NCBI GenBank assembly: GCA_963776245.1 | Contig: CAVZLN010000006.1 | Coordinates: forward strand, 736,001 to 800,000 | DNA length: 64,000 bases | Source: Candidatus Eiseniibacteriota bacterium | GTDB taxonomy: Bacteria; Eisenbacteria; RBG-16-71-46 | Direction: 5' to 3' | Part shown: positions 1 to 9,716 of the stretch, piece after piece | Position numbering within the stretch: position 1 is the stretch's first letter | How the letters are laid out: every line of letters begins with the position of its first letter | Translations under genes and position numbers: made by a program | Notes under the pieces: model-generated | What the model was told of the DNA's origin: nothing | What the model saw: only the letters and a program-made list of their open reading frames with translations | Database searches by the model: none

Positions 1-138
1 GCGTGCGCCGGCAGCGCCGAGGACCGAGTCGGCTTCGAGGTGCTCGATTCCGCCACCGGCGCGCGCGAGCGCGAGCTGCTCGCCGAGGCCACCTCACTGG
101 CCGACGCGCTCGACCAGCGCCCCCGCCGCGCCGCCTGA
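1..138 (+). CDS. 3' end of a hypothetical protein running in from the left edge
   Basis: Frame 1 is open from base 1 to TGA at 136-138 with GC3-rich codons (...[39 protein letters not shown]). Confidence 0.5.
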   Translation, partial: ACAGSAEDRVGFEVLDSATGARERELLAEATSLADALDQRPRRAA

Positions 139-317
139 GCGCCGCGTCCCCCGCGCCGTTTCCCAGCGGCGAACGCGTGTGCGCGCCGGGACCGTCGCGC
201 CGCGCGATCCGAACCGAATCGCGGTCGCGGCGCATCGAATCCCCAACACCCGGGCCACCGCCATCTCCCGGGCCGCGTCCCCGCCGCCGGGGGCGCGGCC
301 CCATCCCTTCGGATCGC

Positions 318-1358
318 ATGGACCCCACGCTCCTTCCCGTCTCGCTCGGCCCCGTCCCCTCGCCGTCCCCCCCGGACGACCCCGGCGCGTTCCCTGACGA
401 CGGCGCGCTGCTCGACGCCTATTCGCGCGCCGTGACGCGCGCGGTCGAGCGCGTCGGTCCGGCGGTGGTGCACATCGCCACCCGGCATCGGAACGGCAAG
501 ATGACCGATCCAGCGGCCGCGCACCCGGCGGGCGCGGGCTCGGGCTTCGTGTTCACGCCGGACGGTCTGGTGCTCACCAATTCGCATGTCGTCCACGGTG
601 CCTCGAGCCTCGAGGTGACGCTCCAGGACGGGCGCCGCGTGCCCGCCACGCTGGTGGGCGACGATCCCGACACCGACCTCGCGGTGGTGAGCATCAGCGC
701 CGAGGACCTGGTGGTGGCCGAGCTCGGCGACTCCGCGCGGCTGAAGCCCGGCCAGCTGGTGATCGCGATCGGCAGCCCCCTCGGCTTCCAGGCCACCGTC
801 ACCGCCGGCGTGGTGAGCGCGCTGGGCCGCTCGCTGCGCTCGCGCTCGGGCCGGCTCATGGACGACATCATCCAGACCGACGCCGCGCTCAATCCGGGCA
901 ACTCCGGCGGCCCGCTGCTCGACTCGCGCGGCGCCGTGGTGGGTGTGAACACCGCGGTCATCCTGCCGGCGCAGGGGCTGTGCTTCGCCATCCCCGCCAG
1001 CACCGCGCGCCGCGTCGCCGGGCTGCTGATCCGCGAAGGTCGCGTGCGCCGCGGCTGGCTCGGCATCGGCGGGCAGAACGTGACGCTGCAGCGCCGCCGG
1101 GTGCGCGAGTTCGCGCTCCCGCACGAGACCGCGCTGCTGGTGCTGCACGTCGAGCAGGGCAGCCCCGCCGCGACCGCCGGCCTCGCCGAAGGGGACATCG
1201 TGATCGGGTTCGAGGGCGAGCCGGTCGCCGGAGTGGACGACCTGCACCGCCTGCTCACCGAGGGCCGCATCGGGCGGCCCGCCACGCTCACGCTGCTGCG
1301 CCGGGGCGAGCGGCGCACGCTCGCCATCGTGCCCGTCGAGTCGCGGCCGGCCGCGTGA
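318..1358 (+). CDS. HtrA/DegP-like trypsin serine protease with one PDZ domain
   Basis: GSGFVF, TNSHVV (His), DTDLAV (Asp), [15 protein letters not shown] (Ser), C-terminal PDZ ([16 protein letters not shown]); start placed at ATG 318; no obvious signal peptide. Confidence 0.93.
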   Translation: MDPTLLPVSLGPVPSPSPPDDPGAFPDDGALLDAYSRAVTRAVERVGPAVVHIATRHRNGKMTDPAAAHPAGAGSGFVFTPDGLVLTNSHVVHGASSLEVTLQDGRRVPATLVGDDPDTDLAVVSISAEDLVVAELGDSARLKPGQLVIAIGSPLGFQATVTAGVVSALGRSLRSRSGRLMDDIIQTDAALNPGNSGGPLLDSRGAVVGVNTAVILPAQGLCFAIPASTARRVAGLLIREGRVRRGWLGIGGQNVTLQRRRVREFALPHETALLVLHVEQGSPAATAGLAEGDIVIGFEGEPVAGVDDLHRLLTEGRIGRPATLTLLRRGERRTLAIVPVESRPAA

Positions 1359-1443
1359 GCGCACCGGCGAACCCGATGAGCGGACGGTGTAGCGCACGCG
1401 GCACGGGCTGGACTAGACTGCGCGCCCTCACTGGAGGACCCCC

Positions 1444-3709
1444 GTGTCGCACACCCCCGGCAGCACGCTCGCGCACTACACCCTGGTCGAGAGGATCGGC
1501 GAGGGCGGCATGGGCGTGGTCTGGAAGGCGCGCGATCAGCACCTCGACCGCGATGTGGCGGTCAAGGTGCTCTCCCGCGGCGCCCTCGACGACGCGACCA
1601 CGCGCGAGCGGTTCCGGCGCGAGGCGCACGTCCTGTCCCGGCTGTCCCATCCGGGCGTAGCGACCATCTTCGACTTCGCCGCTCAGGATGGGGTGGACTT
1701 CCTGGTCATGGAGTACGTGCCAGGCGGCACGTTGCAGGTGAGGTTGCTGGACGGACCGCTCGAGTTGGACGAGTTGCTCCGGATCGGCGCCGAGATCGCC
1801 GACGCGCTCGAGGACGCGCACCGGCTGGGCTTCCTGCACCGCGACCTCAAGCCGGGCAACGTGGTCCTGACGGCCGCCGGCCGACCGAAGATCCTCGACT
1901 TCGGTCTCGCGCGACTGCTGCATGCCGCCCAGGCCGCGACCGCCGTCACCCGCCCGGGCTCGATCATGGGCTCCCTTCCCTACATGGCTCCCGAGCAGAT
2001 CCTGGGCGAGGCGGATGATGCCCGGACCGACGTCTATGCCCTGGGCGCCCTGCTCTTCGAGATGGCCACCGGGCGCAGGCCCTTCCACAAGGAGCGCCCC
2101 GAGGCGCTGATGTTCGAGATCCTCAACAGCGCGCCGCCCGCGGTCCGCTCGCTGCGGCCGGACGCTCCGGCGGAGCTGGACCGGCTGCTGGCCGAGTGCC
2201 AGAGCAAGCAGCCGGAGTCGCGACCGGCCTCGGCCGGAGCGGTCGGCGAGATGCTGCGGCGGCTCCGCGAGGCCGCGAAGTCCGGCGCGCCGTCGGAGCC
2301 GGCCCGGGAGGTGATCCGCTCGCTGGCGGTGCTGCCGCTCGAGAACGTGTCGCGGGACCCCGCGCAGGAGTACTTCGCCGACGGCATGACGGAGGCCCTG
2401 ATCTCGGACCTGGCGCGGATCAAGGCGCTGCGGGTGATCTCGCGGACCTCGGCCATGCGAGTACAAGGGAGCGCAGAAGGCGCTCCCGGAGATCGCGCGC
2501 GAGCTGAACGTGGACGCGGTGCTCGAAGGCTCGGCCCTGCTGGTCGGGAATCGCGTGCGGGTCACCGTCCGGCTGGTGTCCGCACGCACCGACGACACCC
2601 TGTGGGCCGATCGCTACGACCGCAGTCTCGAGGACGTGCTCGGCCTGCAGAGCGAGGTGGCCGAGACGGTCGCGAAGGAGATCACCATCCACGTCAGCGC
2701 GCGCGAGGCCACGCTGCTCTCGAAGCGCGCCGCGGTCAACGCCGAGGCCCATGTCGAGTATCTCAAGGGCCGGCACACGGTGGCCGCCGCCTCGCCGCAG
2801 GCGATCGAATTGAGCCTCCGGCACTTCCGCCGCGCGCTCGAACTGGATCCCTCGTTCGCTCCGGCGTGGGCCGGACTGGCCGAGTGCCACAACATCCGCG
2901 CGGGCCGTGGCATGGCGCCCCCGGCCGAGGCCAGCGCCGAGGCGATGGCCGCGGCGATGAAGGCGCTCGAACTCGACGACTCGCTGGCCGACGCGCACGC
3001 CGCGCTCGGGAACGTGAAGATCCACCAGCGCGATCTCGTCGGCGCCATGGGCTCGCTCCAGCGCGCGATCGAGCTGAACCCGGGTCTCGCCTCCGCGCAC
3101 TACTGGCTCGGCCGCGTGTTCTACTGCAGCGAGCGGCACGCGGAAGCGCAACGGGCGATGCTCAAGGCGCTCAGCCTCGATCCGTTGTCCATGTTGATCC
3201 ACACCACGGTGGGCGACGCGTACTACTATGCCCGAGAGTATGAGAAGTCGGTGCTCTATTACACGATGGCGATCGAGATCGACCCGCGGTTCGACGGGGC
3301 GCACACCGACCTCGCGCGCTCGCTCGAGACGCTCGGCCGCTTCGACGAGGCCCGCGCCCAGTACGAGGAAGGGCGCCGGCTGTCGGGCGGGGTCGCGGGC
3401 CCGTCTTTCGGGCTGGCGAACCTCGAGGTGAGCATGGGCCACGGGGCCGACGCGCGGCGCATCCTCGGCGAGCTGATCGCGGCGCGCGCGCAGCGCGTGG
3501 TGTCCGCGTGGGGGATCGCCGTGCTCCACGCGCGGCTGGGCGAGGTGGACGAGGCGTTCCACTGGCTGGACGTCGCGGTCGAGGAAGGCGCCACCGGGCT
3601 GGTGTTCCTGCGCGTGCACCCGCGCCTCGACGCGATCCGCGATGACGCCCGGTACGGTCCGCTGTTGCGGAAGACCGGGCTCGCCGGGGAGACGCCGCCG
3701 CAGGCATGA
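1444..3709 (+). CDS. Ser/Thr protein kinase with TolB-like and TPR domains (frameshift near 2460)
   Basis: IGEGGMGVV, VAVK, HRDLKPGN, DFGLA, YMAPEQ; then SLAVLPLEN...EYFADGMTEALI; TPR repeats continue in the 2510-3709 frame. Confidence 0.92.
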
Positions 3710-3743
3710 GGGCCCGCGGCGGCACACCGACGCCCGTCCGCCG

Positions 3744-4856
3744 CTAGACCACCGCGACCTTCACGCAGTGGATCGGGGGCAGCGAGTCGAAGAGACAGCT
3801 CCACTCCTCCCCGCCCTCGTGTCCCATCCAGAGCTGGCCGGTGGTGGTCCCGAAGTAGAGCGCGGGGGTCTTGAGCCGGTCCACGTCCATCGCGTCGCGC
3901 TGGATGGTGAAGTAGCTCTGCTTCTTCGGCAGCCCCTTGGCGAGGCGCTTCCACGAATCGCCGCCGTCCTCGCTGCGCCAGACCGCGGGCGAGCCACCGG
4001 GGCACGTGCGCGTCATCGGCTCGAGGGGCATGACGTACACCACGTCGGGATCGTGCGGGTGTACCACGATCGGGAACCCGAAGTCGGAGGGCAGTCCCTT
4101 GGCGATCGAGCGCCAGGTGTGCCCGTGGTCGTCGCTGCGCAGCACGCCGATGTCCGGCCGCGGTCCCCCGGGGCCGTCCCATTCGGCCCAGCCGCCGTGG
4201 TTCTGCATGTAGAGCCGGCCCGGCGCGTCCTCGTGACCGGCGATCTTGTGCACGCACTGACCGAACTCGGGGTACGGATCGGGCTGGAATCCCGCGCCGA
4301 CGCCCTGGTTGGAGGCGGCGAAGGTCGTGCCACCGTCCTCGCTCAGGTAGTGACCGCCGGTCGAGATCCCAAGGTGCATGCGGCTCCCGTCCCGGTAGAT
4401 GGTGTGCAGGCAGAGCCCGCCGGCCCCGGGCTGCCACTTGCGGGCGTGATCGTGATTGCTGATGCCCGAGATCATCTCCCAGGTGTCGCCACCGTCACCG
4501 CTGCGGAACAACGAGGCCGGCTCGACGCCGCACCACAGGTCCTTCTTGCCGTCGCCGGTCGCGAGCGACCAGATGTTGGCGAGCGCCCGCCCGTCCTCCT
4601 TCGGGAACGCCGGCGCCGCCTTGGTCTCCTTGAACGACTTCCCGAGGTCGTTCGAGCGCAGCACCTTCATGCCGAAGAAGGGGTTGCAGCTCGAGGCGTA
4701 GAGCCGCGGCGTGCCGCGCGTGTCGATCAGCGCGGCGTATACCCCGACGCCTGACCCGAACGGGCCGCGCAGATCGAATCGCTTACGCGTCTTGGCCGAC
4801 TCGGCGACGAACAGACCCTTGCGAGTTCCGATGCACAGCACGACGCGTTCCGCCAT
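3744..4856 (-). CDS. BNR/Asp-box beta-propeller (exo-alpha-sialidase-like) protein
   Basis: N-terminal IGTRKGLF; repeated SxDxGxxW/F Asp boxes (RSNDLGKSF, RSGDGGDTW, SEDGGTTF, RSDDHGHTW, RSEDGGDSW). Confidence 0.85.
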   Translation of the reverse strand: MAERVVLCIGTRKGLFVAESAKTRKRFDLRGPFGSGVGVYAALIDTRGTPRLYASSCNPFFGMKVLRSNDLGKSFKETKAAPAFPKEDGRALANIWSLATGDGKKDLWCGVEPASLFRSGDGGDTWEMISGISNHDHARKWQPGAGGLCLHTIYRDGSRMHLGISTGGHYLSEDGGTTFAASNQGVGAGFQPDPYPEFGQCVHKIAGHEDAPGRLYMQNHGGWAEWDGPGGPRPDIGVLRSDDHGHTWRSIAKGLPSDFGFPIVVHPHDPDVVYVMPLEPMTRTCPGGSPAVWRSEDGGDSWKRLAKGLPKKQSYFTIQRDAMDVDRLKTPALYFGTTTGQLWMGHEGGEEWSCLFDSLPPIHCVKVAVV

Positions 4857-4858
4857 GA

Positions 4859-5152
4859 TCAACCTCCTGAGACAGCCGGTAGGATGCTGACGACATCTCC
4901 GCGGACCAGCGCCGTGTCGAGCCCGGCGAGGTCGCGCACGTTCTCCGCGTTCACGAACAGGTTCACGTGGCGGCGCACGCGGCCCGTCTCGTCGCACACG
5001 TTGCAGTACAGGGACGCGTGGTCGCGCTCGAGCTGCTCGAGCAGTCCGCGCACGGTGGGAGCCGAGAGCGAGAGCTGCGACGCTCCGGAGCAGTAATCCC
5101 GCAGAGCGCCCGGGACGGCGACGGTGACGGTCGAGGTCGGGGTGGGGTCCAT
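4859..5152 (-). CDS. MoaD/ThiS family ubiquitin-like protein
   Basis: 97 aa; VNLFVNAENVRDLAGLDT...ILPAVSGG with C-terminal di-glycine. Confidence 0.9.
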   Translation of the reverse strand: MDPTPTSTVTVAVPGALRDYCSGASQLSLSAPTVRGLLEQLERDHASLYCNVCDETGRVRRHVNLFVNAENVRDLAGLDTALVRGDVVSILPAVSGG

Positions 5153-5343
5153 GGCGAGGGAGCTCGCCTGCCACGCGGGCGCGGCCGCCGCGCGGGCGGG
5201 TCGGGTGGGTTGGGGGTTGAACGGCCGCGAACTGCGAGTGAGACTATCGTTCGGCCCGGGCCCGAGGCAACCGAAAATGTCCGCGCGGCGGCGAGCGGCG
5301 GTCATTTTGCCGCCCGCTGAGCTTCGGCGCCGTCACCCAGCGC

Positions 5344-5375
5344 GACGACCACCCCCGGGGATGGGAGTGGTCGTC
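5344..5375 (-). terminator. Stem-loop downstream of the 5411-6133 gene
   Basis: GACGACCAC...GTGGTCGTC inverted repeat. Confidence 0.45.
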
Positions 5376-5410
5376 TCGGCAACCCGGCCCCAGGGGCCGG
5401 CCATGTCAGA

Positions 5411-6133
5411 TCAGCGGTACAGGACCTTGACCGAGCCCCAGGTCCTCGGCGCCGTGGGAGTCGAGCAAGTGGCGGTGATCGAGATCGTCAGGCTCGTCAT
5501 GTTCCACCACGCGCCCAGCGTCCTCGTCGGAGCGCAGGTCGGGTCGAGCAGATCCGGATACCCCGGCGGCTTGACGTTTCCCAGATCCGTCGTGCCCACG
5601 CGCGAACCATTGCTGATCGAGAAGCTCATGCACTGCGCCGGATACGCGTCGAAATGCGCGGTGGTCTGGACGTTCGTGACCGCCGCGATCGGCACCCAAT
5701 TCATGTACTGGATCGTCTCGTACTCCACATAGCTGTCGAAGTGGCCCGGATAATCCGGATCGCCATTGGCCCACGGGCCCGTCCCATTCAGCCAGAACAC
5801 GCCCCCGGTGTACGTGCACGCGAAGGTCCGGTTGCCATTGCCGAGACCATTCACCGTGTCGAGGGTGAGGACGCCGTTCGACAGCTGGGTGCCGCACGTG
5901 TACCGCCACTCCGTGCCCAGCGCCGCGCCGTTCCAGGACCCGCAGTTCTGTGTGGTGCCGGCGAGGAGGGCACCTCCGCCCGGCAGCCAGCCTTCGGTGT
6001 AGCGTCCAGCGCTGATCGTGCCGCCGATGTCGGTGCTCTGGTAATTGCCGGGCGAGGGCGCGCCGGCGTGGGCGATCGCCGCCAGCAGGCCCATCGCGCA
6101 CAAGACAGCCATACTCGTAGCCATTCTGTTCAT
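5411..6133 (-). CDS. Secreted protein with C-terminal TWGxxKxxYR motif
   Basis: AAGGAGG RBS; signal peptide MNRMATSMAVLCAMGLLAAIAHA; G/T/N-rich body with six Cys; ends PTAPRTWGSVKVLYR. Confidence 0.8.
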   Translation of the reverse strand: MNRMATSMAVLCAMGLLAAIAHAGAPSPGNYQSTDIGGTISAGRYTEGWLPGGGALLAGTTQNCGSWNGAALGTEWRYTCGTQLSNGVLTLDTVNGLGNGNRTFACTYTGGVFWLNGTGPWANGDPDYPGHFDSYVEYETIQYMNWVPIAAVTNVQTTAHFDAYPAQCMSFSISNGSRVGTTDLGNVKPPGYPDLLDPTCAPTRTLGAWWNMTSLTISITATCSTPTAPRTWGSVKVLYR

Positions 6134-6248
6134 GTTCTCGGCCTCCTTTGCAGGGGAACTGCTGAACCGACCCAAGATGTCGCGACCCAACCGGCCCACC
6201 GGGCCGGACGGGTCGAATGCCACACTGTCCCCACCAAACGACCCAAGG

Positions 6249-6277
6249 AGTCTAAGACCGGGTTCGTGAGTGGGCAA
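6249..6277 (-). promoter_or_regulatory. sigma70-type promoter for the 5411-6133 gene
   Basis: Minus strand TTGCCC-17 nt-TAGACT. Confidence 0.55.
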
Positions 6278-6415
6278 GCAACTGGATGATCAAGCGACCG
6301 AATCAAATGAGACTTCCCGCACGAAATCGAGTCATATCGCTGCTCCCCGGCGTCCCCGCCAACGACCAGGGCGGGGCCCGTGTGGACCCCGCCCCGCACT
6401 CGGCCGCGCTCCCCG

Positions 6416-6781
6416 CTACTTCTTCTTCGCGGCCTGCAATCCCTTCATGAATCCCACCACGTGGCTCTTCATCACCGAGTCCTGCACCGCCATCGAGAGC
6501 ACCTTGTCCACCATCTCGGGGTCGGCGGCGACCTTGCCGATCAGCGCCTGCGCCGCGTCCGTGTTGGCGAGCAGCTTCTCCATCACCATGGTCTTGCCCT
6601 CGCCCGCCAGCAGCTTGTCCAGCATCGGGCCCGCCATGGCCGGGTCCGCGCCGATCATGTCCATCACCTTGCCCTGCATCTCCGGAGTGGCCAGCGCCTG
6701 CTTCACCACGTCTCCGGCGCACCCGAACGCCATCGCCGTCGCGAACGCGAGCAACAACACCATCGGGATCATCCGCTTCAT
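6416..6781 (-). CDS. Met-rich helical lipoprotein of unknown function
   Basis: GGGAGG RBS; MKRMIPMVLLLAFATAMAFGC lipobox; recurring (T/D)P(E/A)M helix-start motifs. Confidence 0.75.
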   Translation of the reverse strand: MKRMIPMVLLLAFATAMAFGCAGDVVKQALATPEMQGKVMDMIGADPAMAGPMLDKLLAGEGKTMVMEKLLANTDAAQALIGKVAADPEMVDKVLSMAVQDSVMKSHVVGFMKGLQAAKKK

Positions 6782-6848
6782 CGGGGCTTCCCTCCCTGCG
6801 TGAGTGGACGTATGCGGCCGCGCGGCTCGCGGCCGTCGGACCAGATGC

Positions 6849-8252
6849 TCAGTCGGCGCCCGGCGGACGGCGCCGGTGCCAGTCGGTGCGCTGCTGCACA
6901 TGGTGCGCGAGACCCGCGAGTCGGCCCTCGCTGAGCGCCGGCCCCATGAACGCCATCGAGGTCGGCAGGCCGTTCTCGCCGAAGCCGTCGGGGATGGCGA
7001 TCGCCGGCAGTCCGCACAGGTTGCCGGCGGGGATCAGCGGCGGGCCGCCGCTGATGCCGCTGTACACCTCGCCGAAGCCCTTGTCGGCCGGGTACGCGAC
7101 GGTCGCGCGCGTGGGCGAGACGAACGCGTCGAAGCGCTCGAACAGTCCCGCGAGCGCGCGCTTCATCGGCCGGCGCAGGCGCATCGCCTGCAGGTAGTCC
7201 ACCGCCGGGATGAGGGTGGCGGCGTAGCCCCCGCGGCGGTCGGCGGGGCACTGCAGCTCCTTCACGCGCCCGCTTTCGATCAGGCCGATGAACGCCGCGG
7301 CGCCCTCCGCGCCGACGATGGCGTTGACCGACGGTCCCCACGGGAAGTCCGGCCACTCCACATCGCGGGTGATCTCGGCGACATCGCGCAGCGACTCGAG
7401 CGCGCGCTCGAAGTTCTCACGCACCGCGGGCTGCACCTTCTCCACGCAGCCCTTGGGCACCGCCAGGCGCGCGCGCTTCGGCGGCACCGGCTTGCTCCAC
7501 GCGAACGGCGCGTCGAGCGAGCTCTCGTCCTTCGGATCGCGGCCGGCGATCGCCGCCAGCACCAGCGCGCAGTCGTCGGCGCTGCGCGCCATCGGGCCGA
7601 GCTTGTCGAGCGTCCAGCACAGCGCCATCGCGCCGTGGCGGCTGACGCGGCCGTAGGTCGGGCGCAGCCCGCTCACGCCGCAGAACGCCGTCGGGGTGAG
7701 GATCGAGCCCGAGGTCTCGGAGCCGATCGCGAACGGCACCAGCCCGGCCGCGACCGCGGCGCCCGGGCCGCTCGAGGAGCCGCCGCTCCAGAACGCCGTG
7801 TTCCAGGGCGTGAGCCCGGGGCCCGTGAACGAGGCGTCCGCGTGGTCGTAGCCCATCCCGCCGGCGAGTTCCACCATCGCCAGCTTCGCGATCAGCACCG
7901 CTCCGGCGGCCCGCAGTCGCTCGACCGCGGTGGCGTCGAAGTCGAAGTGCTGGTCGCGATAGGGCGCCGCGCCCCACGTGGTGGGCGCCTCGCGGGTGGC
8001 GAGCAGGTCCTTCACGCCGTACGGCACGCCATGCAGCGGGCCGCGCCAGCGCCCGGCCTTGATCTCGGCCTCCGCCGCGCGCGCGTCGCGCAGTCCGGGC
8101 TCGCGCATCAGGGTCACCACCGCGTGGTAGCGCGGGCCGAGTCGCTCGAGTCGCTCGAGGCAGTGCTCCGCCAGCGCCACCGCGGACAGCGTGCGCGCGC
8201 GCAGCCGCACGCCCAGTTCGCGGACGCTCAGGAACGAGAGATCGTCGGGCAT
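6849..8252 (-). CDS. Amidase signature (GatA-like) family amidase
   Basis: GPLHGVPYGVKDL, SGGSSSGPGAAVA, IGSETSGSI, GLRPTYGRVSR. Confidence 0.93.
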   Translation of the reverse strand: MPDDLSFLSVRELGVRLRARTLSAVALAEHCLERLERLGPRYHAVVTLMREPGLRDARAAEAEIKAGRWRGPLHGVPYGVKDLLATREAPTTWGAAPYRDQHFDFDATAVERLRAAGAVLIAKLAMVELAGGMGYDHADASFTGPGLTPWNTAFWSGGSSSGPGAAVAAGLVPFAIGSETSGSILTPTAFCGVSGLRPTYGRVSRHGAMALCWTLDKLGPMARSADDCALVLAAIAGRDPKDESSLDAPFAWSKPVPPKRARLAVPKGCVEKVQPAVRENFERALESLRDVAEITRDVEWPDFPWGPSVNAIVGAEGAAAFIGLIESGRVKELQCPADRRGGYAATLIPAVDYLQAMRLRRPMKRALAGLFERFDAFVSPTRATVAYPADKGFGEVYSGISGGPPLIPAGNLCGLPAIAIPDGFGENGLPTSMAFMGPALSEGRLAGLAHHVQQRTDWHRRRPPGAD

Positions 8253-8259
8253 GGCGTCC

Positions 8260-8637
8260 TCACGCGTGGAAGGTGGCGTCGGGCTCGTCGGCGTTGGTCA
8301 GCGAGGCGCCGCGCAGCCGCTTGCCGTTCTGGAGCCGGAACTCGAGCTCCTCGGTGATCTCCTTCAGGTCGTCGCCGCCGAGGTGCTTGCCGTAGCGGCG
8401 CTCCACGATGGCGGCCAGCGCCCGGGCGTCCTCCGAGATCTCCGGGGCCGCCGCCGCGGCGGGCGCCGGGGTCGCCGCGGCGGCCGGCGCCGGCGCGGGG
8501 GCCATGGGTGCGGCCGGCGGCGCGGCGCTCTGGGCGAGCGCCCGCCCGATCCCGAGCGAGGAGGCGAGCCCCGCCATCCCGATCATGGCGAGGAAACGGC
8601 GTCGTCCCGAGACCTCGCGGTGGTGCGATGCGTCCAT
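8260..8637 (-). CDS. Small twin-arginine signal protein, possible amidase partner
   Basis: GGAGG RBS; SGRRRFL Tat motif, hydrophobic core, ALA cleavage site, Pro/Ala linker, helical C-terminus ending LTNADEPDATFHA; 7 bp upstream of the amidase. Confidence 0.7.
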   Translation of the reverse strand: MDASHHREVSGRRRFLAMIGMAGLASSLGIGRALAQSAAPPAAPMAPAPAPAAAATPAPAAAAAPEISEDARALAAIVERRYGKHLGGDDLKEITEELEFRLQNGKRLRGASLTNADEPDATFHA

Positions 8638-8721
8638 GCTTTCCTCCTGTCGCGGCGGTTCGATCCCGGCGCCCGCCGATCGCACGGGCGCATGTCGCGC
8701 TGCCTGTCTCGGCCCGTCGTA

Positions 8722-9667
8722 TCAGTCGCCCGCGGCCACCCCGGGCCACACCCGCACCGCGTCGCGGATCGCGGCCCGCACCTGGGTGCGCACCGTCGCC
8801 GGCAGCGGACGCTGGCCGTAATCGCGGCACGCCCCGAGGGCGGTGCGCAGCGTATCGCACACCTCACCGCAATGCGGACACGCGGAGACGTGCTTCGAGA
8901 GCGCGGCGCACACCGTGGGGTTCAGCTCGCCCTCGAGGTAGCGGCTCATGAGTCGCCCGGTGTCCGGGCACGAGCGCCCGCGCCCCAGGCTCGCGGCCTG
9001 CGCGCGCTCGCCGCCGTCGGCGGTGCGCCCGAGCAGCGGCGCCAGGGCCTCGCGCAGCGCGCCGCGCGCTCGGTGCAGGCGCGACTTCACGGCGCGCTCG
9101 CTGAGGCCGAGGACGCGGCCCACCTCGCCCGCCTTGAGCCCTTCGACGTCGCGCAGGATCAGCACCTCCCGCTGCGCCTTCGGCAATGAGGCGATCGCGC
9201 GCTCGAGCAGCTCGCTCATCTGGCGGCGCTCGAAGCGCCCGGCCGGATCGGCGTCGCCGTCGGTCAGCTCGAGCGCGCCCCGCGCGATCACCGGAGCCGG
9301 GCTGATCCAGCGACTCGAGCGTCTCCGGCGCCCCGGCGCGGCGGCGGCGGCGGCGCAGGCACGCGTGACGGGCCACGGTGTACGCCCAGGTCGTGAGCGC
9401 GGACTCGCCGCGGAAGGTGGAGAGGCTGCGCACCAGCGAGGTGAGCACGTCCTGCATGACGTCCTCGGCGTCGTGGTCGTCGCGGCAGAATCCGCGGCCG
9501 AAGCGCAGCGCGGGGTCGGCCACCAGCCGCAGGAGCCGGGTCATGGCGCGGGAGTCGCCGGCGCGCGCCGCGCGCACCAGCGCCCGCTCCTCGGCGCGGG
9601 TGAGCCCCTCCTCCCGGCGGCGGGGGGCGCCCTGGACCAGGCGTCTGACCCTGTCGATCCGCTCCAT
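8722..9667 (-). CDS. ECF sigma factor fused to C-terminal zf-HC2-like anti-sigma domain (frameshift near 9295)
   Basis: Region 2 DAEDVMQD...FRGESALTTWAYTVARHAC; region 4 LPKAQREVLILRDVEGL...AVKSRLHRAR; C-terminal C...YLEGEL...HVSACPHC. Confidence 0.85.
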
Positions 9668-9716
9668 CCTCGGACGTCGAATCCTTTCCGGCCGGACCGG
9701 ATTCCTACCCGGCGAG

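Noticed and set aside
8440..8530. GC-rich quasi-repeats
   Set aside because: They encode a Pro/Ala linker; not an independent DNA repeat element
6849..8637. gatCA of the tRNA amidotransferase
   Set aside because: No gatB adjacent and the small protein carries a Tat signal; treated as a general amidase
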